A stretch of 64,000 nucleotides of DNA from an uncultured archaeon. GTDB taxonomy: Archaea > Asgardarchaeota > Lokiarchaeia > Sigyniarchaeales > SOKP01. Shown in pieces: positions 21,339-31,161 of this stretch (positions are counted from its first letter, which is position 1; each line of letters begins with the position of its first letter). Under the pieces are notes generated by a model. The model was not told the DNA's origin. It was given only the letters and a program-made list of their open reading frames with translations, and ran no database searches. The position numbers and the translations under genes are program-made. The stretch is taken from NCBI GenBank assembly GCA_964486045.1, contig CAZALK010000009.1:64001-128000 (forward strand), written 5' to 3'.

Positions 21339-22235
21339 TTATTTCCCTTCTTTTCGAAGTGCATTTTCTTTCATCTGAATAAAAAATTCCCTAGCTTTTA
21401 TCACTTCAGGAGGTTCTTCCAAGGGATTAATAATGCGATTAAGAAATAAAAATCCATTTGGGATCCTTTCTCTAAATGAGACTCCTAAGTGATCAGCTCC
21501 ATAAACATAACGAAATTCATGACAAATATTACGATCAAACAGAGATCTATGTAAAAATTCTGCTCCCCTAAAGAGTCCAAAAAAATCCTCTGTACCAACT
21601 TCAAGATAAATCTTTATTTCAGATCCACGTATTTTTTCAGAGTTTTCTCTAACTATATAGGCAGGATTATTATTATTCCAATAATCTTCATCGATAGGAG
21701 AACCGAATATCTTTTCCATGAAATCCTTTTGACGATAAAATTTATCTACAGATTTTACTTCCTTCCATTCAAATGCAGGTTCAATTCCTGGCTCGAATGA
21801 TACAATAGCCCCAAATTTTTCCGGATACTTAAATCCCAATCTTAGAGAACCTAAACCACCCATAGAAATCCCACCAATGAATAATCTATCCAGATTAGTT
21901 TCAACCCTGTACTCTTTTTGAAGATAAGGTAGGAATTCATGGATTATGAATGATTCCCATTTCTCGGATTCATCTTTATAATCCATGTAAAGAGATCTAT
22001 CACAGCTGGGAGTCACAATCACCATTTCTGGAACAATTTTCTTCTCCCATAAACCCCAAATCATAGGACCTATTGAGTTAAGAAATACATTACTTTTATT
22101 TCCACCGCCATGTAGAAATAACATAAGAGGATATGATTCTTCCGTATTATCATATCCTTTAGGAAACAATACATCATATTCTACAGGAGTAGGGACAAGT
22201 TCAGATTTTATCTTGAAACTTTTGACTTTAAATAT
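21339..22235 (-). CDS. Alpha/beta-hydrolase esterase (S-formylglutathione hydrolase/FrmB-like); probable ATA start at 22235
   Basis: YPLMLFLHG, GISMGG nucleophile elbow, GADH. The frame is open upstream of TTG 22169 (FKVKSFKIKSELVPTPVEYDVL) up to an ATA 6 nt after SD GGTGA. Confidence 0.85.
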   Translation of the reverse strand: MFKVKSFKIKSELVPTPVEYDVLFPKGYDNTEESYPLMLFLHGGGNKSNVFLNSIGPMIWGLWEKKIVPEMVIVTPSCDRSLYMDYKDESEKWESFIIHEFLPYLQKEYRVETNLDRLFIGGISMGGLGSLRLGFKYPEKFGAIVSFEPGIEPAFEWKEVKSVDKFYRQKDFMEKIFGSPIDEDYWNNNNPAYIVRENSEKIRGSEIKIYLEVGTEDFFGLFRGAEFLHRSLFDRNICHEFRYVYGADHLGVSFRERIPNGFLFLNRIINPLEEPPEVIKAREFFIQMKENALRKEGK

Positions 22236-22469
22236 AAGAATTCACCATTTTGAATTTTTATTTATTTATCTATATCTTTACGAGATTTTGTGCTTTTTCT
22301 TTTATTAATTTTTCCTCAAATTTGACATTGTTAGCTATTCTCTTTGCTAAGAAATTAAGGATAATATTGCCTTAGTCACAAAAGCCATAAGTGTATAGGA
22401 TTTAAATTGCTAAAAGTCCAGTTAAAGAGGGAAGAAATTCTTTTTCACATCCGTAATCGGATTTAAATA

Positions 22470-23267
22470 TTATGAAAATATCCGTAGGTTGATATAATCA
22501 TCAGAATTTTTCTTGCGAAGCTCAGTTAGTTCCTTTATATTATACTCTCCAGCAACTACTATGGGAATATAAGGGTCAGCATTCAAAGACTTTAATGAGA
22601 TGGATGTAAGATCTTCGACAGTCATCCAAGCTTCCTTCGGAAACCATTCACGTTTGAATTTACCTTTGGCTATTTGTTCATCGTGCATTTCAGTAAGTGT
22701 TAAACCAGGGAGAAGACTTTGAACCAAAATCCCTTTTTTATACATTTTTTCATGCAGTTTCTCTGAAAAGGACACCAAAGCGCTCTTTGTTGTGTAATAA
22801 GATACACCCGGTTTTCTATCTATAACTCCTGATGAAGAAATATTAATTATAATTCCACGTTTGCTCTGTATCATCAATGGCAAAGCTGCATGGCAAAAAA
22901 CAATTGGTGCGGTAAAATTTACATTGATATAATCAAAATGCTGATTTAATTCGATACCCAAAAATGACCTCCAAATTGCATATCCTGCTGAATTGACCAA
23001 ACATTCAACATCGCCTTTATTTTTTATATAAGATACGACCTTCTCAATATCGGACATTTTAGACAGATCAGCGGTTAACACTGAAGCTTCAATATTATGG
23101 TTTTCCTTTAATTCGGTTGCTAATTTTTCTAACTTATCCTTTCTTCGAGCAACTAATACAACGTTAAATCCTTGTTCGGCTAATTTTTTTGCAAATCCTT
23201 CCCCAATACCAGAACTAGCTCCAGTAATTAAGGCTGTTTTCTTATTATCCCACTCCAATTTATCCAT
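22470..23267 (-). CDS. Short-chain dehydrogenase/reductase
   Basis: ITGASSGIG, LVARR, VNSAG, NISS, YxxxK (YYTTK). Confidence 0.93.
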   Translation of the reverse strand: MDKLEWDNKKTALITGASSGIGEGFAKKLAEQGFNVVLVARRKDKLEKLATELKENHNIEASVLTADLSKMSDIEKVVSYIKNKGDVECLVNSAGYAIWRSFLGIELNQHFDYINVNFTAPIVFCHAALPLMIQSKRGIIINISSSGVIDRKPGVSYYTTKSALVSFSEKLHEKMYKKGILVQSLLPGLTLTEMHDEQIAKGKFKREWFPKEAWMTVEDLTSISLKSLNADPYIPIVVAGEYNIKELTELRKKNSDDYINLRIFS

Positions 23268-23277
23268 CCTATTTCAC

Positions 23278-24240
23278 CTATAGTTTGTAGGTTTTTTCCC
23301 TATGTTTTAAACAGAGATAAGCATAAAATGTAATCCATTTGTTTGCTAAGCTGCTTTTCCCAATTTTCCAATATTTATTATTATGAACCCCATCACATAT
23401 ATATTTTCCTTCTTGCGTTTTGTGCCGTGCGAGAACCTTCCATGCGAAATCCATTCTCGAGTCATTCCCAAATCCCATTATAGCTAAAGGTAGTAATACA
23501 TCTATTAATCCGAATCGCCAATAAAAAGGAAAAATCGTTGATCCTGCATCGGTGTTAACATAAGTTTCCGTATCTGTCGTTTTAAATAATATATTGCGAT
23601 TAAGAAAATATTCAACTATTTTTTTACTGAAGGGTTCATCCCATAATTCTGCCAATTGACCTAAAGCAAATAATACTTTTACAGAACCTCTAACACATGA
23701 TTTAACTGGTCTTCCCTTCTTACGCTTTCCTTCATGGGTGTCACATAAATATCCGTTATCATATCTAACCGAATTTACCATTAAATCAATAGTTTTTTTA
23801 AGGCGAGGATCATCCTTAAATCCAAGAAGCATAAAAGTTCTGATATTCATTCCAAACAAACACGAAAAATGCCTAAAAAAGTCACCATCGGATTGTTGTA
23901 GAGATAGATAACGATTGGCAGCTTTCTCGATTTTGGGCTCTTCTCTTGTCATACCAAGTTCAGCAAGATAACTAAGAATAAAATGTGTCGAATTTTGCCT
24001 ATAATCCACTCCTTTTCCATAAGATTTTTTGGTACTTGGACTAATAACTTCCCAATACCCGTCTGGATGCATTCCCTCTAACATATTCTTTACAGGACGG
24101 TAGGTTGTAATCTGTTTTCTAGTAGATTGAAGTTCTGGATCAGAATCGGAAAACTCTTGAAGTTCTCGCATAGTACGATAACGAATCGAAGGATTTCCCT
24201 CCTCTAACAACCATTCTATAACATTTTGTGGAATGTTCAT
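23278..24240 (-). CDS. Alpha/alpha-toroid protein (prenyltransferase/squalene-cyclase-like repeats)
   Basis: WLLEEGNPSIRY, QW-like repeats (MHPDGYW, LQQSDGDF, DNGY, QEGKY), KWIT near the C-terminus. Confidence 0.65.
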   Translation of the reverse strand: MNIPQNVIEWLLEEGNPSIRYRTMRELQEFSDSDPELQSTRKQITTYRPVKNMLEGMHPDGYWEVISPSTKKSYGKGVDYRQNSTHFILSYLAELGMTREEPKIEKAANRYLSLQQSDGDFFRHFSCLFGMNIRTFMLLGFKDDPRLKKTIDLMVNSVRYDNGYLCDTHEGKRKKGRPVKSCVRGSVKVLFALGQLAELWDEPFSKKIVEYFLNRNILFKTTDTETYVNTDAGSTIFPFYWRFGLIDVLLPLAIMGFGNDSRMDFAWKVLARHKTQEGKYICDGVHNNKYWKIGKSSLANKWITFYAYLCLKHREKTYKL

Positions 24241-24618
24241 AACTTTATAGTCTTATTTTCATCTATTTATTTTATTGTAATAGTTTTCCAACTTCAACGA
24301 GCTCCTGAATCGCTTCTATTTCATAATTTAAGGCCTGTTTGTTAGCGTTGGATCCTTTCCAACGTTACTCGATAGATGACTTTGTAGCATTATCAATATG
24401 ATGGCCGAATAAATCATATAATTCTTGCCATTGCTTGAAAGCATCCTTATACAAATTGTGTATTTTTAGATTAAAAATCTAATAAAATTTATGAATATTT
24501 TTATTGAGATGATATCAATCGAAATATAGAAACTCCTGCGACTCTTCCTATTTAGGTACTAAAAACTCTCCTATAATATTCTTTAGAACTTATGTCCATC
24601 CTGTTAAAATCATTTTTT

Positions 24619-25818
24619 TTAAAATTTTGAATCTATTAATTTCCGATCTTTATCGATGTAATAAACCCAGGCATTTCGAGACATTAAGCAATAATCATCA
24701 GCGCCGAGTTTCTTTAATAGTTCAATCCGCAATTTTCTCGCTTCAATATTTTCTGGATCTGCTTGAATTAAAACATCTAAGATTTCCAATGCTAACTGGG
24801 CTTTATTTTGAGATAATAGTTCTTTTGCCCTTTTTATAATCTTCTCAGGGTCACCTATAAGGTTATTAAGTTCCCGCATGACTTCTTTTTCTGGTCTTGG
24901 TAAGAGGTGGGCAATATTACCATCAAAATAGCCATGATACCAGCGATATACATTAAAAACAAAAAATTCTGTTCTAGAATACAACGGTCTTAAATAAGGT
25001 GATTTTGCAAGGTGGTCTGGAAGTTTAACCTTATGAATCATTTCTGTAATATGGGTTCCTTTATTTATATGTTCAACGACTTGATCGTGAAGTGAATATA
25101 TTGATTCTATGTTTAAGTCCAATATTTTTAGGGCTTTATCTCCCGTATAATAAAAACCAGCGCCATTGCAAAATACATGTTCGGGATTAAGAGCTCTTAC
25201 ATCTTCTAAAATTTTTGCCCAATCTAATGCAAAACGAGTTGGTTTCCATGGATTACCTACATTCGGCAAGCCTGCAATAATAAGATCTCCTATAAACGCA
25301 GCCTTAATTTCAGGAATATATACCCACACCGCATCATCTGTTTCTGCTCGAACAGCATGAAGTTCAAAGGTTTTATCCCCAAGTTTTACTATCATATCTC
25401 CTAAAAATGTTTTCGTGGGATATACAAATTCTGGAGTTCTGACAACTTCTGGAACATTGAATTGTACCGCTGTTATATGCGATCTATGAGGAGCAAGCAT
25501 TTTGTATTTATCTAATCGATCAGGTAAATATTTGCTTGCAATTATTTCCGGATTATCTTTTAAGTAAGCTGCTGCACCACCTACATGATCAGTATGCCCG
25601 TGAGTGTAAATAATGTATTTAATTGTACCATTTATTTGTTTAAAAACTTCCCTTCCTACATTAACTCTTGCTATAGTATCTATTAGAACAACCCCATCTG
25701 TAGTTTCTACCCAAGCACAACCTGCTATTGGTAACCTGGCAGTATAAACATCTTTTATAGGATTAGTAAAACTCGCATTTGGAGCACCTAAAATTCGAGT
25801 ACCTTTAATTTCATTCAT
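24619..25818 (-). CDS. Alkyl-sulfatase (SdsA/BDS1)-like metallo-beta-lactamase-fold protein with dimerisation domain
   Basis: YTHGHTDH, AETDD, IGD, YRWYHGYFDGNIAHLLP. Confidence 0.88.
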   Translation of the reverse strand: MNEIKGTRILGAPNASFTNPIKDVYTARLPIAGCAWVETTDGVVLIDTIARVNVGREVFKQINGTIKYIIYTHGHTDHVGGAAAYLKDNPEIIASKYLPDRLDKYKMLAPHRSHITAVQFNVPEVVRTPEFVYPTKTFLGDMIVKLGDKTFELHAVRAETDDAVWVYIPEIKAAFIGDLIIAGLPNVGNPWKPTRFALDWAKILEDVRALNPEHVFCNGAGFYYTGDKALKILDLNIESIYSLHDQVVEHINKGTHITEMIHKVKLPDHLAKSPYLRPLYSRTEFFVFNVYRWYHGYFDGNIAHLLPRPEKEVMRELNNLIGDPEKIIKRAKELLSQNKAQLALEILDVLIQADPENIEARKLRIELLKKLGADDYCLMSRNAWVYYIDKDRKLIDSKF

Positions 25819-25875
25819 TTTTGATTTTCACTTTTAATTTAATAAAATAAAATTTTTTGTAGTTAAAATTAATTC

Positions 25876-26925
25876 CTACTTGTTAGGATTTTTGTAGATT
25901 TCTTCCCAAACTGATTCAACGGGTAAAGGTTGATAAGGTTTTATTTCAAATTGTTTCTTACTTAGCTCATAAATTCCTCTGTTAAATGGAATGTTAATGT
26001 CGAATGAGTTCGCTAATTTCACAAAATATCCGGTTAACGATTCAAGTTCAGATTGATTTTTCTGTCGATGAATCATATCCTGAGCCATGCTATTAAACCA
26101 TGAATATTTAAAATATTTTTTGAAATTAATGATTGCTGTCGCTTTATCGATGTTTTTACGTAATTCTGTTCTTTCCCAAGAGGGCAATCCCTTTAATTCA
26201 AATTCTTGATACCCTGCAGCTTTTACAACGTTCACACCCTCAAGGTATACATTCATATAAATGGTCCAAAGCTTGAAGATCGCATCATCATCTTTAAGGT
26301 CTGAACTTATTAGCGTAAAAGTAGCATTTGAAAGGTTAACTATTAATTTTGAATGAGTAGCATCTTGAAATTGTTGTGTTGTTATTGTTGGGATTCCAAG
26401 GTTTAAAATTTTTGCAGCTCTCTCTGTAATTTTTGGATTTTCATTTTCAGGAGTTCCAAGTGTAAGGTGTCCTTTACCTCTGGTCCCAAATCTTCCTGGT
26501 TCTTCCCGCCAACCAGATTGGACAACGACAGCATAAACAGTTTTCGTAAAATATTTTGGTAAAATTCTTTGATTCTCAAATCCATTCTGTAATCCAACTA
26601 CAATCGGTGCATCTCCAAATTTTATGGAAATATCCTTAGCAACCTCATCTAAATCATAATTTTTAACGGCGATTACTACGACATCTACATTAGCGAGTTC
26701 ATTTAAATCTTCAATTACTTTAACTGGTATTGTTACTAAATTATCGCTTACTACATTATTAAGAATTAAACCATCCTTTTTAAGCGTTTTGGCATTTTCT
26801 CCACGTGCTAATAAGTAAACATCATCACTTTCTTGTGTTAACCATCCTCCAAGAGTAGCACCTATTCCACCAATCCCATAGATTACCACAGTTAAATCAT
26901 TAATGTTTTTCTCCACTAAATTCAA
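25876..26925 (-). CDS. Ketopantoate reductase (PanE/ApbA) family oxidoreductase
   Basis: YGIGGIG, ARGE, AVKNYD, LQNG, KLIVN, SMAQD, SELESLTG; true start may be ATT 26904. Confidence 0.85.
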   Translation of the reverse strand: MNLVEKNINDLTVVIYGIGGIGATLGGWLTQESDDVYLLARGENAKTLKKDGLILNNVVSDNLVTIPVKVIEDLNELANVDVVVIAVKNYDLDEVAKDISIKFGDAPIVVGLQNGFENQRILPKYFTKTVYAVVVQSGWREEPGRFGTRGKGHLTLGTPENENPKITERAAKILNLGIPTITTQQFQDATHSKLIVNLSNATFTLISSDLKDDDAIFKLWTIYMNVYLEGVNVVKAAGYQEFELKGLPSWERTELRKNIDKATAIINFKKYFKYSWFNSMAQDMIHRQKNQSELESLTGYFVKLANSFDINIPFNRGIYELSKKQFEIKPYQPLPVESVWEEIYKNPNK

Positions 26926-27230
26926 CTCATTTTAGAAATATAATCTCTATCCCATTTTTGATTAAACTTAACTCAAAAACTATAATAATATTTCTTAATT
27001 AAAACATAAAAAAATTTTCGATTTAAAAAATGTGATTAAAAGGAATTGTACAAGAAGGATATTTTAATCTCCATTACGTTATTTTTTTGATTATTAACAA
27101 AAAATTAGTTTAAGTTCCAAATAGGGAGTAAAATATTTACATTGCAAAAAATTCCTTTATCTAAATTTTATTTTTTCTTTTTTCTCATGGATTAACATAA
27201 TTAAAAAAATAAAAGAATAAGTGTGTTAAA

Positions 27231-28388
27231 GTGAAAAATATTGTTGTAATTGGCGTAGGATTGATGGGTACTGGCATTGCTCAAGTTTCACTAATGGCAG
27301 GAAACAATGTAACTCTCGTTGACTTGTCCCAGGAAATTAATGATAAAGCCTATGAAAATATTAAAGGTGGATTAAATAAGCTTGAATCAAAGGGAGTATT
27401 AAATGCCGCAGAAAATATCGCACGGATGAAGACAAATCTAGATATAGTTTCAGCTGTTAAAGATGCTGATATAATAATCGAAGCTGTTATTGAAGATATG
27501 GACGAAAAGAAAACTGTTTTCAAAACATGTGATGAAAATGCACCTTCTCACGCTGTTTTTGCATCAAATACATCTACAATGTCCATTACAGAAATAGCGA
27601 CTGCGACTAATAGAGATGATAAATGCATAGGTATGCATTTTTTCAATCCAGCACCTTTAATGAGGTTAATAGAGGTTATTGCTGGTGAAAAATCTTCAGA
27701 AGAATCCATGGAAATTGGTGTAAAGTTAAGTGAAAGTTTGCCGTGTCTGAGAGGTGAAAGATATATTGCAAAAGTCTTAAAAGACCGTCCAGGGTTTATT
27801 GTAAATAGGCTTAATGCTCCGGGGGGAATCTATATGAATTATCTTCTCGATACGTGTCTAGAAAAAGGAATTCCTTTTGAATCTTTAGATGCTGATTTTG
27901 GAAGCGGTGGACCGATGTCTCCATTAGTTTTGTCTGATTATACTGGAATTGATACTGGGTTTCATGTGCGAAATTATTATGCTGAAACTTTACATGAAGA
28001 CTTTAGACCGGGGAAAGTAGTCACCAAAATGTTTAATGAAGGAAAATTGGGTAGAAAAACAGGACAAGGATTCTATGATTGGTCTAATGGAAGACCAAAG
28101 CCAGATTTCTCTAAAATCGAAAAAGCGGGATTAGTAAATCCCGGGATTGGACTTGCTATCCGTTTAAATGAAGGATGTAGAATCTTAGAAGAAGGAATAG
28201 CTTCAGGTTGGAAAGTAATAGATGATGCTAATATGGCTGGTATGAACTTTCCAGGACCTTTTGAATATGGAATAAAGAATTGGCAAAATCTCGTTAAAGT
28301 GCTCGAAGATTTCGCTAAAAAAATTGGTAGTGAATATCTTAAACCGTGTGAGCTCTTTAAAAGTGGAAAATTTGTTGATATGAAATGA
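27231..28388 (+). CDS. 3-hydroxyacyl-CoA dehydrogenase family protein with duplicated C-terminal domain
   Basis: IGVGLMGTGIA, IIEAVIE, ASNTS, GMHFFNP, PGFIVNR, LGRKTGQGFY. Confidence 0.95.
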   Translation: MKNIVVIGVGLMGTGIAQVSLMAGNNVTLVDLSQEINDKAYENIKGGLNKLESKGVLNAAENIARMKTNLDIVSAVKDADIIIEAVIEDMDEKKTVFKTCDENAPSHAVFASNTSTMSITEIATATNRDDKCIGMHFFNPAPLMRLIEVIAGEKSSEESMEIGVKLSESLPCLRGERYIAKVLKDRPGFIVNRLNAPGGIYMNYLLDTCLEKGIPFESLDADFGSGGPMSPLVLSDYTGIDTGFHVRNYYAETLHEDFRPGKVVTKMFNEGKLGRKTGQGFYDWSNGRPKPDFSKIEKAGLVNPGIGLAIRLNEGCRILEEGIASGWKVIDDANMAGMNFPGPFEYGIKNWQNLVKVLEDFAKKIGSEYLKPCELFKSGKFVDMK

Positions 28389-28532
28389 TTTAAATTTTTT
28401 TTTTCATTTTTAATTGTATTTTTTCTTAAAATCAAGGAAATAAATTCTATTGACACAGAATTTGTAAATTCATAGAAATAAAAAATAACACATTATAGGA
28501 AGTAAAAAAACTAATAATTCATTATAATAATT

Positions 28533-29729
28533 ATGTCAGGTATTCAAGTTTTAAGAGGACAGAGAGTTAAATTTCAAAATCCTCTAAAAGATGTTCATAC
28601 AGCAGTTTTACCAATTGCAGGATGTGCATGGATCGACACAGAAGATGGAGTTGTAGTAATTGATACCTTGATAAATCCTGCTGCAGCCAAAAAGACTAGA
28701 GAACAAATTAAGGGAAAGATAAAATATATAATATACACTCATGGGCATTTGGACCACCTTTTGGGCACCAGTGAATTTATGGATGACGGAACTGAAGTTA
28801 TTGCAAACAAATATTTGCCAGATCGTTTAGATCGATATAAACTACTTGCTCCCTACCGATCACATATCTCAGCGGTTCAATTCAATATTCCTGAAGTCGT
28901 TTTTCCTATGAAATTTGTGTACCCCACAAAAACCTTCTTAGGAGATATAAACATAAAATTGGGAGGTAAAACCTTTGAACTTCATACCGCGAGAGCAGAA
29001 ACAGATGATGTTTGTTGGATATATGTGCCAGAACTGAAAGCAGCGTTCATAGGAGATCTTATTATTGGGAGAAGTTTTCCAAACATAGGTAACCCTTGGA
29101 AACCAACTCGATTTGCTTTAGATTGGGCAAAAACATTAGAGAAAGTTAGAGCATTAAATCCTGAATATGTTTTTTGCAATGGAGCAGGTGTAATGTTTAA
29201 AGGGGAAGAGGTACGGGAAGCTTTAGATGCAAATATTGAAGTTATTCAGAATTTACATCAACAAGTAGTAGACTATATTAATGAAGGAGTGCACATTACA
29301 GAAATGATTCATAAAGTAAAAATCCCAGATCATCTTAAGGATAGCCCTTATTTAAATCCTTCATATTCTCGACCAGAGTTTTTCACATTTAATGTTTATC
29401 GTTGGTTACACGGATATATGGATAATAATCCTGCCCATCTATTACCTCGCCCAAAAACAGAAGTTATGGGGGAACTTTACAAGCTTATAGGAAGTTCTGA
29501 TAAAATATTAAAAAGAGCAAAAACACTCCTGGATCAAGATCAAGCGCAGTTAGCATTAGAAGTATTGGATGTGTTAATTCAAGCAGATCCAGAAAATATT
29601 GAAGCAAGAAAGGTGAGAATTAAACTCCTTGAAAAGATTGGGAAAGCCGACTACTGTCTTATGTCTCGAAATGCGTGGATTTACTTTATGAATAAGGATA
29701 ATGCCTTTCTTAAAGCAAAAAAAAAGTAG
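28533..29729 (+). CDS. Alkyl-sulfatase-like MBL-fold protein (close paralog of 24619..25818)
   Basis: YTHGHLDH, AETDD, GNPWKPTRFALDWAK shared with the paralog. Confidence 0.88.
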   Translation: MSGIQVLRGQRVKFQNPLKDVHTAVLPIAGCAWIDTEDGVVVIDTLINPAAAKKTREQIKGKIKYIIYTHGHLDHLLGTSEFMDDGTEVIANKYLPDRLDRYKLLAPYRSHISAVQFNIPEVVFPMKFVYPTKTFLGDINIKLGGKTFELHTARAETDDVCWIYVPELKAAFIGDLIIGRSFPNIGNPWKPTRFALDWAKTLEKVRALNPEYVFCNGAGVMFKGEEVREALDANIEVIQNLHQQVVDYINEGVHITEMIHKVKIPDHLKDSPYLNPSYSRPEFFTFNVYRWLHGYMDNNPAHLLPRPKTEVMGELYKLIGSSDKILKRAKTLLDQDQAQLALEVLDVLIQADPENIEARKVRIKLLEKIGKADYCLMSRNAWIYFMNKDNAFLKAKKK

Positions 29730-29736
29730 AATAAAA

Positions 29737-31041
29737 TTATTCCACTGTTTTCAGATCTACATTATAGCTTTCTGGTATATAGATTAAAACAAGTGGAATT
29801 ATTGGGAACATAAAGCACGTTAGAATGAGAGCTATCAACTGGATTCCTAATAGTGGAAATAATGGGGCTATTGTAAAACCTAAAACTACTCCAGCTATGT
29901 TCATTAGTAAAACCAAGAGACCATTCCCAATCCCTCTTACTTCTGTAGGTATAACTTCAATTGAAACTATCATTAACAACGCCCATAATCCAGCTCTAGT
30001 CGACATTCCAAGAATTTTTAATATTACCATTATAATAAATCTCGATTGGTTAGATGGAATATGAGCACCCCAAGTAAATTGTAATATTACTGATATAGGG
30101 TATACAAAACTATAGATGATTAATAAAATTCTTCTACCGGAGCGATCTGCTATTTTTCCTGTTAGAATATAAAAAAATATGAGCCCAAATAACCCTAGCA
30201 TTGAAATAATACTAAATTCTTCAGATGTCATTTGTGAGTAGTTCATCATATACGGTTCTAATAAATTTCCTGATCCGACTGCAATACTAAACAAAACTGA
30301 TATAACAATTAATACAACATAACTCTTCTTTCTCCCTTTCCCAAAAATTATATTAATACTTTTCTTAAAAGAAAAATTACTTTGAGGCTTCTCATTTAAT
30401 TCTCCATCTCCTAAAATTTTCTTTAATAGATAGGCCGAAGTTTCTTTTATTGTAAAAATTATCAATAAAGTAGTGATTAATCCTAAAATTACTGAGAAAT
30501 ATAAAACGCCTTTCCAGTGTAAAATGGTAAAGATTTTATCATTAGTGATGAAAATTGAACGATTTATATAAAAAATTATAGGACCAATAATTCCTATTAG
30601 TAGAATAATCGTCGACTATCTCGCATTTTTTCCTTTTGGAGATTCCTCGTTTACATAGATCATCCATACATTAACATTTGCTGCCAATATCAAAAAAAAA
30701 GTAGTAATTGTAAAAATAAGAAGAGAACTAGTTAAAATTTGAATTAATGGCATTACAGTTAAAATAATACTAATAAAAATCAAAATAGGCTTTCTTCCTA
30801 CCTTATCTGCAAATCTTTGGATAAAAATAGAAAGAAAAGTCCCCAATCCTGCAATAGCTCCAATATAAGAAAAATATGTCAATCCGGTTTCGAAATCTAA
30901 ATTCGGAAAAAAATACCAAACAAGAGCAGTAGTTTTTGGTCCATCTAGTGTGTATGAGCGAAAAGCTGTGAATAAAGATAAAATCCCTAAAAGATAATAT
31001 AAATATTTCTTAGTCCGTAAAGCTTCAGTTTGTTTATTCAC
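29737..31041 (-). pseudogene. MFS transporter interrupted by one in-frame TAG (30616-30618)
   Basis: Two same-frame ORFs joined by continuous TM sequence (EESPKGKNAR*STIILLIGIIGP...); MFS motif A in both halves (ADKVGRK, ADRSGRR). Confidence 0.85.
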
Positions 31042-31161
31042 AGTAATTTTTTTTATTGGGTTTTTAGACTGTTAAAATAATAAAAAAGAGTAAATTAATA
31101 AGGAAACTGCCAAAAATTTAGAAAAAAAACGTATTTCTCCTAATTTAAGGTCATATACATG

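Noticed and set aside
22229-22248. +1 frameshift from ATG 22248 into the esterase
   Set aside because: An in-frame ATA 6 nt after GGTGA explains the gene without an indel; not fully excluded
24272-24454. Possible gene remnant on the minus strand and a 7-bp inverted repeat (CGTTGGA/TCCAACG) near 24346-24364
   Set aside because: No family recognised; one short dyad is expected by chance
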